Source of the DNA: Candidatus Moraniibacteriota bacterium | GTDB taxonomy: Bacteria > Patescibacteriota > Minisyncoccia > Moranbacterales > UBA1568 | NCBI GenBank assembly: GCA_013336285.1 | Contig: JAAXTX010000001.1 | Span: forward strand, 20,201-84,200 | Reading direction: 5' to 3' | DNA: 64,000 nt | In this document: positions 37,641-46,355 of the stretch, piece by piece | How positions within the stretch are numbered: the first letter of the stretch is position 1 | Layout of the letters: each line of letters opens with the position of its first letter | The notes under the pieces: model-generated | What the model was told of the DNA's origin: nothing | Seen by the model: the letters and a program-made list of their open reading frames with translations, nothing else | Databases searched by the model: none | Program-made: the position numbers and the translations under genes

Positions 37641-39089
37641 TCAAAAGAAATACCGTTCACCCGTGTCGGCACGGAGACAGCGGACCCCGTCCATCGGCAA
37701 CGGCTTCGCGAGCCTTGGCAGAAACATGTCGCCGGGCATAACCGATACGGATTCCGGCACGACGGCGATTTCCTCGCCATCGGCAGATCGCCCGAGTGGC
37801 ACAATCGCTCCGACGGCACGCAACACGTCCGCTACCTTTTTCGATGCGATCCGTACCGTTCCGGAGAACACGATATCGGAGAACTCTTTCGAAAGTACGG
37901 TGAATGATTGGTTCCGACGATTGAACACGATCGTTCCCCATCCCTCATCACGCGTCCGCGCGTTGCGGTAGACGGAAAATAATTCTCCCGTCTCTTCGGC
38001 CGACCCGCTGACATTCCTTCGGATGAAGCATGAGGCGTCCTCTTCCGAAAGCGGTTCACCCATATACATGGTCTTTCCCTTAACGGTTCCGCCACCATCC
38101 CACATGCAGCCCGTACGGCATCCGCCTCCGCAGATCCCGTAAGCGGCGCAGCCGACGCACGCATCGGGAACAAGTGCGGTCATCGCCCATCCGTTCGCCT
38201 TCCGCCAGCTCCGATCATACGCGCGTATCATGTCCCCGCCATACTCGTCGAGATACGGCGCCTGGATACATGCACGAAACCGTCCGTCGGGAGAGATCAC
38301 TCCGAACGAGCGACCCGCCATGCACACACGCGGCGTATGAACCGTCAGGAACGTCTTCCAATCTGTCGGAAAAAGCCGTATCAGGACGCAAGGCGGAATG
38401 GGAAGCGTCGAGTCGATCTTCATGCCTGCGTCGCGCAATGATCCGATGGCTTCGAAATATGCCCGGTATGCCGTCGTATCCAGGACGAAATCTCCGTGCC
38501 CGACTGCTCCCCACGATGGCAGGAACGGCGTCACCGTCATCGCCCTGACTCCCGTTTCAAGAAGCTTGCGTCCGACCGGCAGAAGCCCGTGGATATTCTT
38601 CGCCGTCGCCACGAAGTTCGGCGTGACCGAAACGCCGCGCTCGCGAAGGTGTCCGATGCCGCGAAGGGTTTCCGGAAACGCGCCCGGAACACCTACCATC
38701 ATGTCATGCAGGGTCCCGACTCCGTGGATCGAGATGAGAGCGGAATTCAGACCTGCCCTCGCGAGTCGATCCGCGGCATAGGGCGTGACCAGACGACCGT
38801 TGCTGTTGATGCTCACGTAGCACCCGCCTCGGCGATAGATATCCATGACTTCATAAAGATGTTCACCGACGAGAAACGGCTCCCCACCGGTCGGGCAGAC
38901 CGCCATGACCCCTCGTTCGACGGATATCTCGGCTATCCGGATATTGCGCTCCCGGTCTTCCGGTCGGGGCTCGAATACCTTCAGGCATCGTTCCGGGTTA
39001 TAGCAGAAGGCGCAGGCGTTGTTGCACTGGGTCGTCAGCTCATGCTGCTGGATGAGTGGGGCCGTGGTGAGATATCGGTTCGTTTCCAT
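37641..39089 (-). CDS. radical SAM enzyme with C-terminal SPASM/twitch-like Cys cluster
   Basis: CNNACAFC (CxxxCxxC) near the N-terminus, GGEPFL glycine-rich SAM motif, and C-terminal CVGCAAYGICGGGCRTGC auxiliary-cluster motif. 482 aa. Confidence 0.75.
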   Translation of the reverse strand: METNRYLTTAPLIQQHELTTQCNNACAFCYNPERCLKVFEPRPEDRERNIRIAEISVERGVMAVCPTGGEPFLVGEHLYEVMDIYRRGGCYVSINSNGRLVTPYAADRLARAGLNSALISIHGVGTLHDMMVGVPGAFPETLRGIGHLRERGVSVTPNFVATAKNIHGLLPVGRKLLETGVRAMTVTPFLPSWGAVGHGDFVLDTTAYRAYFEAIGSLRDAGMKIDSTLPIPPCVLIRLFPTDWKTFLTVHTPRVCMAGRSFGVISPDGRFRACIQAPYLDEYGGDMIRAYDRSWRKANGWAMTALVPDACVGCAAYGICGGGCRTGCMWDGGGTVKGKTMYMGEPLSEEDASCFIRRNVSGSAEETGELFSVYRNARTRDEGWGTIVFNRRNQSFTVLSKEFSDIVFSGTVRIASKKVADVLRAVGAIVPLGRSADGEEIAVVPESVSVMPGDMFLPRLAKPLPMDGVRCLRADTGERYFF

Positions 39090-39199
39090 GATCGTCTCCG
39101 TTAGAGTATTCGTTGTGAAAGGACTTCCTATGACGTGATGATATGGAACTTGCCTAATCCGTACAAACTGTCGTACAATACCGACAACACTTCATACCT

Positions 39200-40012
39200 A
39201 TGATAGAAACACTCCTTGCCGAAGCCGGGTTCAGCGGGAACGAGTCGCTCATCTACGGCGACCTGCTGGCACATTCCCCTTCCGGCGCTTCTGCCATCGC
39301 CAAACGATGCGGACTGTCGCGCAGCTCGGTATATACGGTGCTCGGCGTCCTCATTTCCCGCGGACTCGTAGGAACGACCCACCGAAACGAGATCAAACAG
39401 TTCGTCGCCGAGGACGTCTCCGCCCTGCGGGAACTTTCCGAACGGAAGCGGAAGGATATGGAACGCGAGGCGAAGGCCATCACGCTGCTTGAGACAACGA
39501 TTGCGTCAATGAAGGGACCCGCCGACCCGAAGCTGCCGCAGATCCTTTCCTTCGAAGGTCAGGAAGGCCTCAAGAAGATCTATCTCTCGATGCTTCGTGA
39601 CGCGAAGAGGGGGTCGAACCTGCGCATCCTCCGCGACGAGTTCGTCTGGGATCCCGCGTGGGAATTCGTCTTCGGCGCGGAATGGAAACGGCGCGTAAAA
39701 CGATGGAAAATCGACCTCGATATACGCACGCGCCTTCTCGTGAATCCGTCCGCGTTGGAAAAGTCGAAATCGAAATTTTACGCTTCCCGGAAAAAGACCG
39801 TGACGAAATATCTGCCGGAGCGGGAGACCGTGAAGGATTTCGCCCTCTACGTCATAGACGATGTCGCGAGCATCCTCTCCATGGAAGACGGCAATCTCGT
39901 CGGCATCCGCGTCACCAACCGCCGCATCGCCGAGAATTTCGCCTCACTTTTCGATACGCTCTGGGGCAAGCAGCGGTCCGGAAAAAAAGACCGTAACGGT
40001 AAGCGAACCTGA
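39200..40012 (+). CDS. TrmB-family HTH transcriptional regulator
   Basis: N-terminal wHTH (SGASAIAKRCGLSRSSVYTVLGVLISRGLV). 270 aa. Confidence 0.6.
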   Translation: MIETLLAEAGFSGNESLIYGDLLAHSPSGASAIAKRCGLSRSSVYTVLGVLISRGLVGTTHRNEIKQFVAEDVSALRELSERKRKDMEREAKAITLLETTIASMKGPADPKLPQILSFEGQEGLKKIYLSMLRDAKRGSNLRILRDEFVWDPAWEFVFGAEWKRRVKRWKIDLDIRTRLLVNPSALEKSKSKFYASRKKTVTKYLPERETVKDFALYVIDDVASILSMEDGNLVGIRVTNRRIAENFASLFDTLWGKQRSGKKDRNGKRT

Positions 40013-40064
40013 GCGGGTCCGCCTTTTTCATAACAAACTGCCCGGAAATTCCGATGATACGGCC

Positions 40065-40781
40065 CTATTCCTCGCCCACATCAAGCATTTTATCGAATTC
40101 CTGTTTCGTCATCCTGTCTTCACCGAGCTTCCGGTCGTCGAGAAATATCAGCTGTTCCGGTGACCGTTTGCTCGATCTGAAAGTTGACACGAGCGATCGC
40201 GCGATCGGTGAATCACTTTCACGCACATTTCTTTCGAGGATAGAGAGTTCCTTTCCGATCCGTTCGGAAACGGATTCGCTTCTAAGCAGGCCTGAAATCA
40301 AGAGCCACGCCACGAAAGCAAAGGCGACATACATACAAACACCCGACCGATCGCCGGAACGGAAAGAGACGGATGCGAACAGTAGGCTCGAAAACGTTAC
40401 GAAAGTGACCGCGTCGTCGTTTAACATTTTTTTGAACAGATACAGGCATGCTTTCGGTATACGAAAAGACTTATAAACGACGACGACGAAAACGACGACC
40501 GGGATTATGAACAACAGAAGTCTCCTTTTCTGACGTATTCTTAAAGGAAACATCGACACGTATTCGGTCATTAGATGTTGGAATCCCCGTGATATTCCAA
40601 ACGCTTCAAGACGCATCGACAACCAGTCCCTCACGGGATAATAAGTACCACGGACGCCTCCGAGATAATGGAAAAGGTCGGAGCAGACAAAAATTATTGA
40701 CCACCAAACAAAGATCCAAAAAAACGGTTCTGATCGCCGTATCGGCAAGATCCCGTACGATCGAGGACCCGAAGAGTTCAC
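40065..40781 (-). CDS. hypothetical membrane protein
   Basis: Several hydrophobic segments (FFWIFVWWSIIFV; LLLFIIPVVVFVVVVY; VAFAFVAWLLISGLL) plus a charged C-terminal tail. Start uncertain. Confidence 0.35.
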   Translation of the reverse strand: MNSSGPRSYGILPIRRSEPFFWIFVWWSIIFVCSDLFHYLGGVRGTYYPVRDWLSMRLEAFGISRGFQHLMTEYVSMFPLRIRQKRRLLLFIIPVVVFVVVVYKSFRIPKACLYLFKKMLNDDAVTFVTFSSLLFASVSFRSGDRSGVCMYVAFAFVAWLLISGLLRSESVSERIGKELSILERNVRESDSPIARSLVSTFRSSKRSPEQLIFLDDRKLGEDRMTKQEFDKMLDVGEE

Positions 40782-40924
40782 CGAGTCGTTGTATCGGTTT
40801 CCGATTCATGTCGGTAATGAAGTGTTCATATCATCCTATTCCTTTCCGGTATTCCGCGCAAATCAAAAAAGCGTAAGGAATGGTTCTTCCTTACGCTATG
40901 ACAGCATCCGACCGACCGCCGACA

Positions 40925-41284
40925 TCATGACGGGATCTCCAACTTGTCCGTCACCTCGTCCGAAAAGGCGAGACGGACCTCGGACCAGTCCCAACCGCAG
41001 AGCGCCGTCACGACAAGCGCCACTGTGCCGTTCGGACCCCTGAAGTGGGAGAGCTTCTCGAACAGGTATTCGATAGCCCGGTCGGCCGCCTCGTTCCGGA
41101 TGACGATGCCAAGCTCGCCGATGAACGACTCGATGTCGCGCATCGCCTCCTCGGAAAGGACGAAGAGTTTCTTCCCGCGACGCGTCCGCTCCGGCGCCCC
41201 GACACGAAGGTCGAATCCGTCCACGGAAAGATCGTACTCGCCTTTCCTGACGGGCCTGAGTGCTCCGAACATCTGATATCTCAT
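40925..41284 (-). CDS. hypothetical protein (119 aa)
   Basis: GGAGA SD 6 nt upstream of the ATG. No recognisable motifs. Confidence 0.45.
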   Translation of the reverse strand: MRYQMFGALRPVRKGEYDLSVDGFDLRVGAPERTRRGKKLFVLSEEAMRDIESFIGELGIVIRNEAADRAIEYLFEKLSHFRGPNGTVALVVTALCGWDWSEVRLAFSDEVTDKLEIPS

Positions 41285-41319
41285 GTTTATCTCCTTTGAT
41301 TTGAATTTTAAATATCGGA

Positions 41320-41386
41320 TCCATCTTCAGGAGTACGTCGGGACATACCGCTGAAGATGGGGCCGACTACAGTTATCGTATCGGCC
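41320..41386. repeat. copy 2 of the conserved double-hairpin element
   Basis: CCATCTTCAG-gagtacgtcgggacatacc-GCTGAAGATGG, then GGGCCGA-ctacagttatcgta-TCGGCCC. Confidence 0.5.
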
Positions 41387-41900
41387 CGCATTGTACCATC
41401 GACAGATGCCAAGAATGGCAACCGATATGAACCGCTCGGGATTGACCCATATCGGATATCGCACTGTCGGTAGGTGCCGAACATATCCTGTGCATCACAC
41501 GGTTCCAGCCGCGCGAACATTCACATAGAATATGTTCCGGTCATCGAAGCGTCTTCCCTCTCTTGGGGGACATGACCCTCTCATCACGGCAATCGCCCAT
41601 AGCCACGCGCCTTTCGTAAAGAATTCCCTCCCGAACGAGGTTCCCACCATCTTGTCTTGGAAATATCCGAAGAAAAATGGATGATTCTTTACAGCGAGAG
41701 ACAAATACCCCGCGAAGACTGTTGGGAACAATCTTCGGGGACCGGGTTTATGCATGCCATGACCGAATGACCACCCCTTGCAACCGGGGTTACGAAAAGA
41801 ACAACCGAACCCTTGTCCGGTATCGAATCCGCATCCCGCGATACGACCTCGATACCGGAGCCGACAGAAATTATTCATGTCGGCCACTCTACTGTTCGAC

Positions 41901-41972
41901 CCGCTTCGGCCGGATCTCCTTCGTTTCCTCTTGCGAGGTTCTGTTGACAACGGGCGAAGTGGACCCGTCCGG
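41901..41972. repeat. conserved ~70-nt 3'-UTR box (copy A) immediately after the stop of small paralog A
   Basis: ccgcttcggccggatctccttcgtttcctcttgcgaggttctgttgacaacgggcgaagtggacccgtcc. Differs at ~8 positions from copy B at 42676-42745. Confidence 0.45.
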
Positions 41973-41973
41973 A

Positions 41974-42379
41974 TCAGTTCAAGACACGAAGTCCCTTCCT
42001 ACACATCTTAATCCGTACCGTATGACGCGAGCCCCCTGGATCATCGTCTTGGGATGAAAACATCCATCCGTGCCAAAACTTCACGATAATCAGATTCCCA
42101 CGCACGATAACGGATTCGATGCGAGAAATGTCTTCATCATAAGGGTCGTGAGCCCCGAAGATGGAGACGATCGAAAGGCACCCGCGCTTGTCCCGCCAGA
42201 GGACGTGTACCCTTTGAAAGGTATCAAAGGTATCCCCAACGCTCCACTCCCATAATTTCGAAGGCACGACACAAATATCGGCTCGTCCTTCGGGGTAGAC
42301 GTTGGAATGCACACGACACTCCCAGCGGGTACTCCGCTTGACCGCACGGTCCGCGGCCTGTTCAGAAATAGCCTGCATA
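41974..42379 (-). CDS. small hypothetical protein, paralog A (135 aa)
   Basis: Start MQAIS with a GGGGGAGG SD. Homologous over its length to paralog B, for example PEGRADICVV/PKGRQDVCLV, HVLWRDKRGCL/YLVWKDEDGHL and IVKFWHG/TVKFGSG. Confidence 0.5.
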
Positions 42380-42575
42380 CCTCCCCCTTTGCCCCGAAAG
42401 GCCTTTGTGTTCGTCATTTTTTTATGACGAGCGGTTACAAGGAACTTCTTTCTTTACCGGTCAAACGCCCTCACTTGATCCGGGGCAAGGACTTATCGAA
42501 CATCCACAGTTTGATCTTGACAGCAATTACCCTGACGAAAAACTGAAATTTGTTCATTTATATCTCCTGATAAAA

Positions 42576-42670
42576 CCGTTAAAAAAATTAACCCATCTTC
42601 AGCAGCACGTCTGCGACATACCGCTGAAGATGGGGCCGACAAGAATGCTATTCGGGTCGGCCGGGTTTTA
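42576..42670. repeat. copy 3 of the conserved double-hairpin element; its first hairpin plus TTAATTTTTTT acts as a minus-strand intrinsic terminator
   Basis: CCCATCTTCAGC-agcacgtctgcgacatacc-GCTGAAGATGGG, then GGCCGAC-aagaatgctattcgg-GTCGGCC followed by GGGTTTTAT. Confidence 0.5.
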
Positions 42671-42675
42671 TCGAT

Positions 42676-42745
42676 CCGCTCCGGCCGGATCTCCTTCGTT
42701 TCCATTGCGAGGTTCTGTTGCCAACGGGAGAAGTGATCCCGTCCG
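42676..42745. repeat. conserved ~70-nt 3'-UTR box (copy B) after the stop of small paralog B
   Basis: ccgctccggccggatctccttcgtttccattgcgaggttctgttgccaacgggagaagtgatcccgtccg. Confidence 0.45.
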
Positions 42746-42753
42746 ACCGAAAT

Positions 42754-43110
42754 TCAAAGCTTCGACGAACAGCTTCTCTCCCAGGGAGATCCGCTGTAGG
42801 CGCCTCCGCTTCCGAATTTCACCGTCACCGCGTCGCCCTCGACCTCGATACTCTGGGAACTGATATAGTCCTTCGAGTTTCGGGTATTCGCGAGTTCGCG
42901 GTTCCGGAGGTGCCCGTCTTCGTCCTTCCAGACGAGATACAGGGTGTCGTATCCGTACGACGTCCCGTTCTCAGCCGCATGACTGACAAGACAGACATCC
43001 TGTCTTCCCTTGGGAAACGTGGGGCTATACGTGAAATCGCAGCCGAGCTTCGGCGCGATTCCGTTGATATAGCCACGCGCTTCTTCCCGGGTAATGGTAG
43101 GGTGCTCCAT
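42754..43110 (-). CDS. small hypothetical protein, paralog B (118 aa)
   Basis: AGGAGG SD 4 nt upstream of the ATG. Homologous to paralog A (see 41974-42379). Confidence 0.5.
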   Translation of the reverse strand: MEHPTITREEARGYINGIAPKLGCDFTYSPTFPKGRQDVCLVSHAAENGTSYGYDTLYLVWKDEDGHLRNRELANTRNSKDYISSQSIEVEGDAVTVKFGSGGAYSGSPWERSCSSKL

Positions 43111-43179
43111 GTTTCCTCCTGAATTTGAGGTTGATAGGGATATTTTGATCGGTTTTCCGGATATTCCGTCAAACAGGCT

Positions 43180-43353
43180 CTATGATCCGGTTCTCATCCG
43201 ATTCCTGAGTTCGGCCTTGGATCGTTTCCGGTCATACCCTTTCTTCCCGCTCTTCGTGGAGTGAGCCCCGCCCTTGTGACGGAGAAGGTCCACCACCTCC
43301 GTCGGAAGTCGCCACTTGGACGGCTTCGGTTTACGTACCACTATCTTTTTCGA
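43180..43353 (-). CDS. small highly basic protein (58 aa)
   Basis: MSKKIVVRKPKPSKWRLPTEVVDLLRHKGGAHSTKSGKKGYDRKRSKAELRNRMRTGS. Strong SD AAGGAGA. The longer ORF in the track starts at an unlikely upstream Met. Confidence 0.4.
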   Translation of the reverse strand, partial: SKKIVVRKPKPSKWRLPTEVVDLLRHKGGAHSTKSGKKGYDRKRSKAELRNRMRTGS

Positions 43354-43805
43354 CATTATTCTCTCCTTTTTTATCAATTTTCCATTATAAATGTTCTTTT
43401 TCCGGTCAATGACATTCCCTCGGGAACCATGTGTGAAAGACTCATATTGGGGGAATGAATATATTTGAATATTGCCCCGAAATGGCCCGAACACATGGTT
43501 CCACCAGGCTTCCGACCCGCATTTCGCGCTTTCTTGCCGCCATCGCGTCGAAATCGGCGTGTCGCCCAGTTATCCGAGTATGGAATGCCTATCTTTTGAG
43601 GTACCGGCGACGGGTCATTCGACTCGACCAGACAACATAGCGCATCATATAAATCCTGTCAAGTAACATGGACACTATTGCTAACATATTACTTATATAT
43701 GCATTATAAAGGCGTTATTATAATATAAATTATGTCTATGCGATTTGTCTAAATAATTCTAATTGTTTGACGGAACATATGTATCAATCAATATGTCCAT
43801 CGATA

Positions 43806-43834
43806 TTGACAACATATGCCTGGCATGCTAGGAT
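43806..43834 (+). promoter_or_regulatory. sigma70-like promoter (-35 TTGACA, 17 nt, -10 TAGGAT) in an AT-rich intergenic island
   Basis: atatTGACAacatatgcctggcatgcTAGGATgcg. Confidence 0.4.
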
Positions 43835-43840
43835 GCGCGG

Positions 43841-44170
43841 AAAGTGATTACTTGATGTTTGTTAACAATTTAACCACGGAGGAAATTATGGACTGACCAC
43901 TTTTTTTCCTGACGGGATGAGCACGTCTGTCATGAGACGTCGCTCATCCCCGCGATGGAAACGGGTCGGTTCCTGAATATCTCCACAAACCAAAAAGGAG
44001 GAAACGTGCAATGAACGATTAGCATTATCCCGCCCAGATCGGCAAGCTTTCGCTGAAAATTATGCGGAGCACTGAAAAAAATAGCACAATATGTAGGCCA
44101 AACGTCCAAACGGACGGATAGCCCTTTCAAAAAACCCCGGTGATCGTATTCATACGACCCGGGGTTCTTC
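43841..44170 (+). ncRNA. candidate ~330-nt non-coding transcript (promoter to intrinsic terminator) containing a GGGATGAGC..GCTCATCCC hairpin and two SD-preceded mini-ORFs (MD*, MND*)
   Basis: No ORF longer than 19 codons between the promoter at 43806 and the terminator at 44129-44176. It contains two perfect SD sequences (GGAGG, AAAGGAGG), each followed by a 2-3 codon ORF. No match to known RNA family motifs that I can recognise. Confidence 0.2.
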
Positions 44171-44176
44171 TTTTTC
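44129..44176. terminator. bidirectional rho-independent terminator
   Basis: AAAAAACCCCGG-tgatcgtattcatacga-CCGGGGTTCTTCTTTTT. Confidence 0.6.
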
Positions 44177-44189
44177 GGATATTGTTCGC

Positions 44190-44945
44190 CTATTCTTCAG
44201 ACTGGTATCTTTCGGCAGCTTCCCATGCCAGGTCGAGAATAGCCTTAAATGAGTCCGCGATATCCTTGTCCTCGATGACGACGCCTGTCAATCGGTCACC
44301 CAGTGACGCGATCCTGACCTTGTCTCCGTACACCGCGATGTCGGATTTTATCGGAAACCTATCAAACGGGACCTTTCTCCTTTGTCCATCGGCGGTGCTT
44401 TCCAGCACGCCGTTCGTATACGTGTAAATGACCTTGGTCATGATGCCTTTCGCGATCCGTTTCGCGCGGGATTTTTCCCGGACTTCCTTCGGAAACACCT
44501 TCTCGATGGAATCGACGCAATACGCCATATTGACGACGTCACAGGCGGACATCGTGAATTCTTCGATCATCGTCAATATTCCCTCCCTGCCTTCGTAATA
44601 TCGAACCACCGGACGGCCGGCATCCTTGTTGTTCATCGATTGCAGCTGCGGAAGCAGCTTCTTCAAATCCTCGCTCTTCCTGCGGATCTCCCGTTCCTGA
44701 CCGTCGAGAATATCGAGAAGTCGTTCCGGGTCTGCCGCGACGAAAAACTGCTTCTTTCCTTTATGAAAGCTGCTCATCAGACCCTTTTCCATGAGTCCCT
44801 CGATAACGAAGTAGGTCGTTGCACGATTCACGCCCGCCTTATTCGAGATTCCCTGTACCGCCGATTGTCCCAATTCCAAGGAGGCCAGATAGACTTTTAC
44901 CTCTTTCTCATTCAATCCGATCTCCATGAGTTCCCGTTCGAGCAT
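44190..44945 (-). CDS. TrmB-family HTH transcriptional regulator
   Basis: N-terminal wHTH (LNEKEVKVYLASLELGQSAVQGISNKAGVNRATTYFVIEGLMEKGLM). 251 aa. Confidence 0.6.
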   Translation of the reverse strand: MLERELMEIGLNEKEVKVYLASLELGQSAVQGISNKAGVNRATTYFVIEGLMEKGLMSSFHKGKKQFFVAADPERLLDILDGQEREIRRKSEDLKKLLPQLQSMNNKDAGRPVVRYYEGREGILTMIEEFTMSACDVVNMAYCVDSIEKVFPKEVREKSRAKRIAKGIMTKVIYTYTNGVLESTADGQRRKVPFDRFPIKSDIAVYGDKVRIASLGDRLTGVVIEDKDIADSFKAILDLAWEAAERYQSEE

Positions 44946-45062
44946 ACGGTTTCACTTATATCATTTCCCCGACAGTATACTACGACGAATGCCTGTATCC
45001 AAGCCGAAACGCCTATTGATACCCTTTTTCACGTTGATCCCGGTTACTGACCGGAAGGGATG

Positions 45063-46355
45063 TCATCTTGAGGCGTTCATCGTTTCAAGTTCCTCCGTGA
45101 TCACTTTCTTATCGTTCCATGGGATTTTTATGTCACGGACCTGCATGACTTCCTCCGCTCCTTTCCCCGTGATCAGAAGCGTGTCACCGGATGAAAGCAG
45201 TGAAAGTCCCTTGCGTATCGCCTCACGCCGATCCCGGATACGGAACAGCGTAGTCCCCGCATCCATATTCCGGATACCGGACTCCACCTCGTCGAGTATA
45301 CGATCGGGATCCTCATAATACGGATCTTCGTCGGTAAGGATGATGACATCCGCCACCGAAGAGACGATTTCGCCCATCATCGGTCGCTTTCCGCGGTCCC
45401 GATCACCGCACGCGCCGAAGACCGACACGATCTTCGTCCCTTCTTTTTTCATCGATGAGACCAGTTCATACAGTTTACCAAGGGAATCCGGCGTAAGGGC
45501 ATAATCGATAAGTATGGTGGCCCCGATATCATTAGGGACGGATTCCATCCTTCCAGCCACCAAAGAAATTTCGGAAGTGGCTTTTGCCGCCGTTTCCACA
45601 GGCACGCCGAGGACGACCGCCGCCCCGAGTGCCGCAAGCGTATTTTCAACGTTGAACTTCCCCGGCAACGAAAGCGAAAACCGCGTCTCTCCGACAGAGA
45701 AACGCGCCCCGTCCATGGTAAGGACAAGATTTTCCGCCAGTAGGTCGGCGGACGATTCAACGGTGGAAAACGTCTTCTTTCGTTTCGCCTTCGCCAGAAA
45801 GAATTCCGGCTCCCACATATCCAGATTCACGACCACCGCCTTCGCCAGATCGAACAGCTTTCCCTTCGCGCGTCGATATTCCTCCATCGTCTTGTGATAA
45901 TCGAGGTGTTCGCGTGTAACGTTGGTAATGACGGCGACCTCGAATCGGAGACCGGCGACGCGCCCCTGATCAAGCGCGTGCGAGGACACTTCCAGGACGA
46001 CATGCGAGCATCCGGCATTCTTCGCGTCATGCAGGAATTTCTGCAGATGGTATCCGCCAAGCGTCGTGAATTTCGACGCATTCACCTTTTCCCGGCCCGC
46101 TATCCGGAACGAGATCGTCGATGCGAGCGCGACGCGTTTCCCGTCCGCTTCGAGCATCCGTGCGAGGATGTTCGCGGTCGTCGTCTTCCCGTTCGTCCCC
46201 GTCACTCCGATTATGGTAAGTCCTCGTGCGGGAATCCCGAACCACGCGGCCGAAAGCCATGCCTCGACGCGGTGCGCGATGTTCTTGATCGATTGCGGGG
46301 ATACCTTAGAGATGAGCCGTTTCATTTTTTTCATACGATCATTTTCCGAAAACAT
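45063..46355 (-). CDS. Mur ligase family protein (MurE/MurF-like UDP-N-acetylmuramoyl-peptide ligase)
   Basis: P-loop GVTGTNGKTTTANILARML, central-domain motifs, C-terminal domain. 430 aa. Confidence 0.7.
   Translation of the reverse strand: MFSENDRMKKMKRLISKVSPQSIKNIAHRVEAWLSAAWFGIPARGLTIIGVTGTNGKTTTANILARMLEADGKRVALASTISFRIAGREKVNASKFTTLGGYHLQKFLHDAKNAGCSHVVLEVSSHALDQGRVAGLRFEVAVITNVTREHLDYHKTMEEYRRAKGKLFDLAKAVVVNLDMWEPEFFLAKAKRKKTFSTVESSADLLAENLVLTMDGARFSVGETRFSLSLPGKFNVENTLAALGAAVVLGVPVETAAKATSEISLVAGRMESVPNDIGATILIDYALTPDSLGKLYELVSSMKKEGTKIVSVFGACGDRDRGKRPMMGEIVSSVADVIILTDEDPYYEDPDRILDEVESGIRNMDAGTTLFRIRDRREAIRKGLSLLSSGDTLLITGKGAEEVMQVRDIKIPWNDKKVITEELETMNASR

Noticed and set aside
41495-41950. 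151-aa minus-strand ORF in the gap between paralog A and double-hairpin copy 2
   Set aside because: Arg/Gly-rich low-complexity translation and no SD. More likely a non-coding region (possible RNA).
41901-42745. Diversity-generating retroelement (template/variable repeat) explanation for the two ~70-nt conserved boxes
   Set aside because: The boxes lie outside the coding sequences, directly after the stop codons. The differences between copies are not adenine-specific. No reverse transcriptase is present in the window.
43455-43640. Possible tRNA or tmRNA 3' end suggested by a TTCGACTCGACCA string
   Set aside because: No complementary acceptor stem and no canonical T-loop/stem geometry.
43890-44030. 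Possibility that the MD* / MND* mini-ORFs indicate UGA recoding (genetic code 25, UGA=Gly), which would give a 48-aa ORF
   Set aside because: Many well-conserved genes in the window clearly terminate at TGA (e.g. small paralogs A/B, isochorismatase 25608-26423). Long homologous ORFs are delimited correctly under code 11. So TGA is a stop here.
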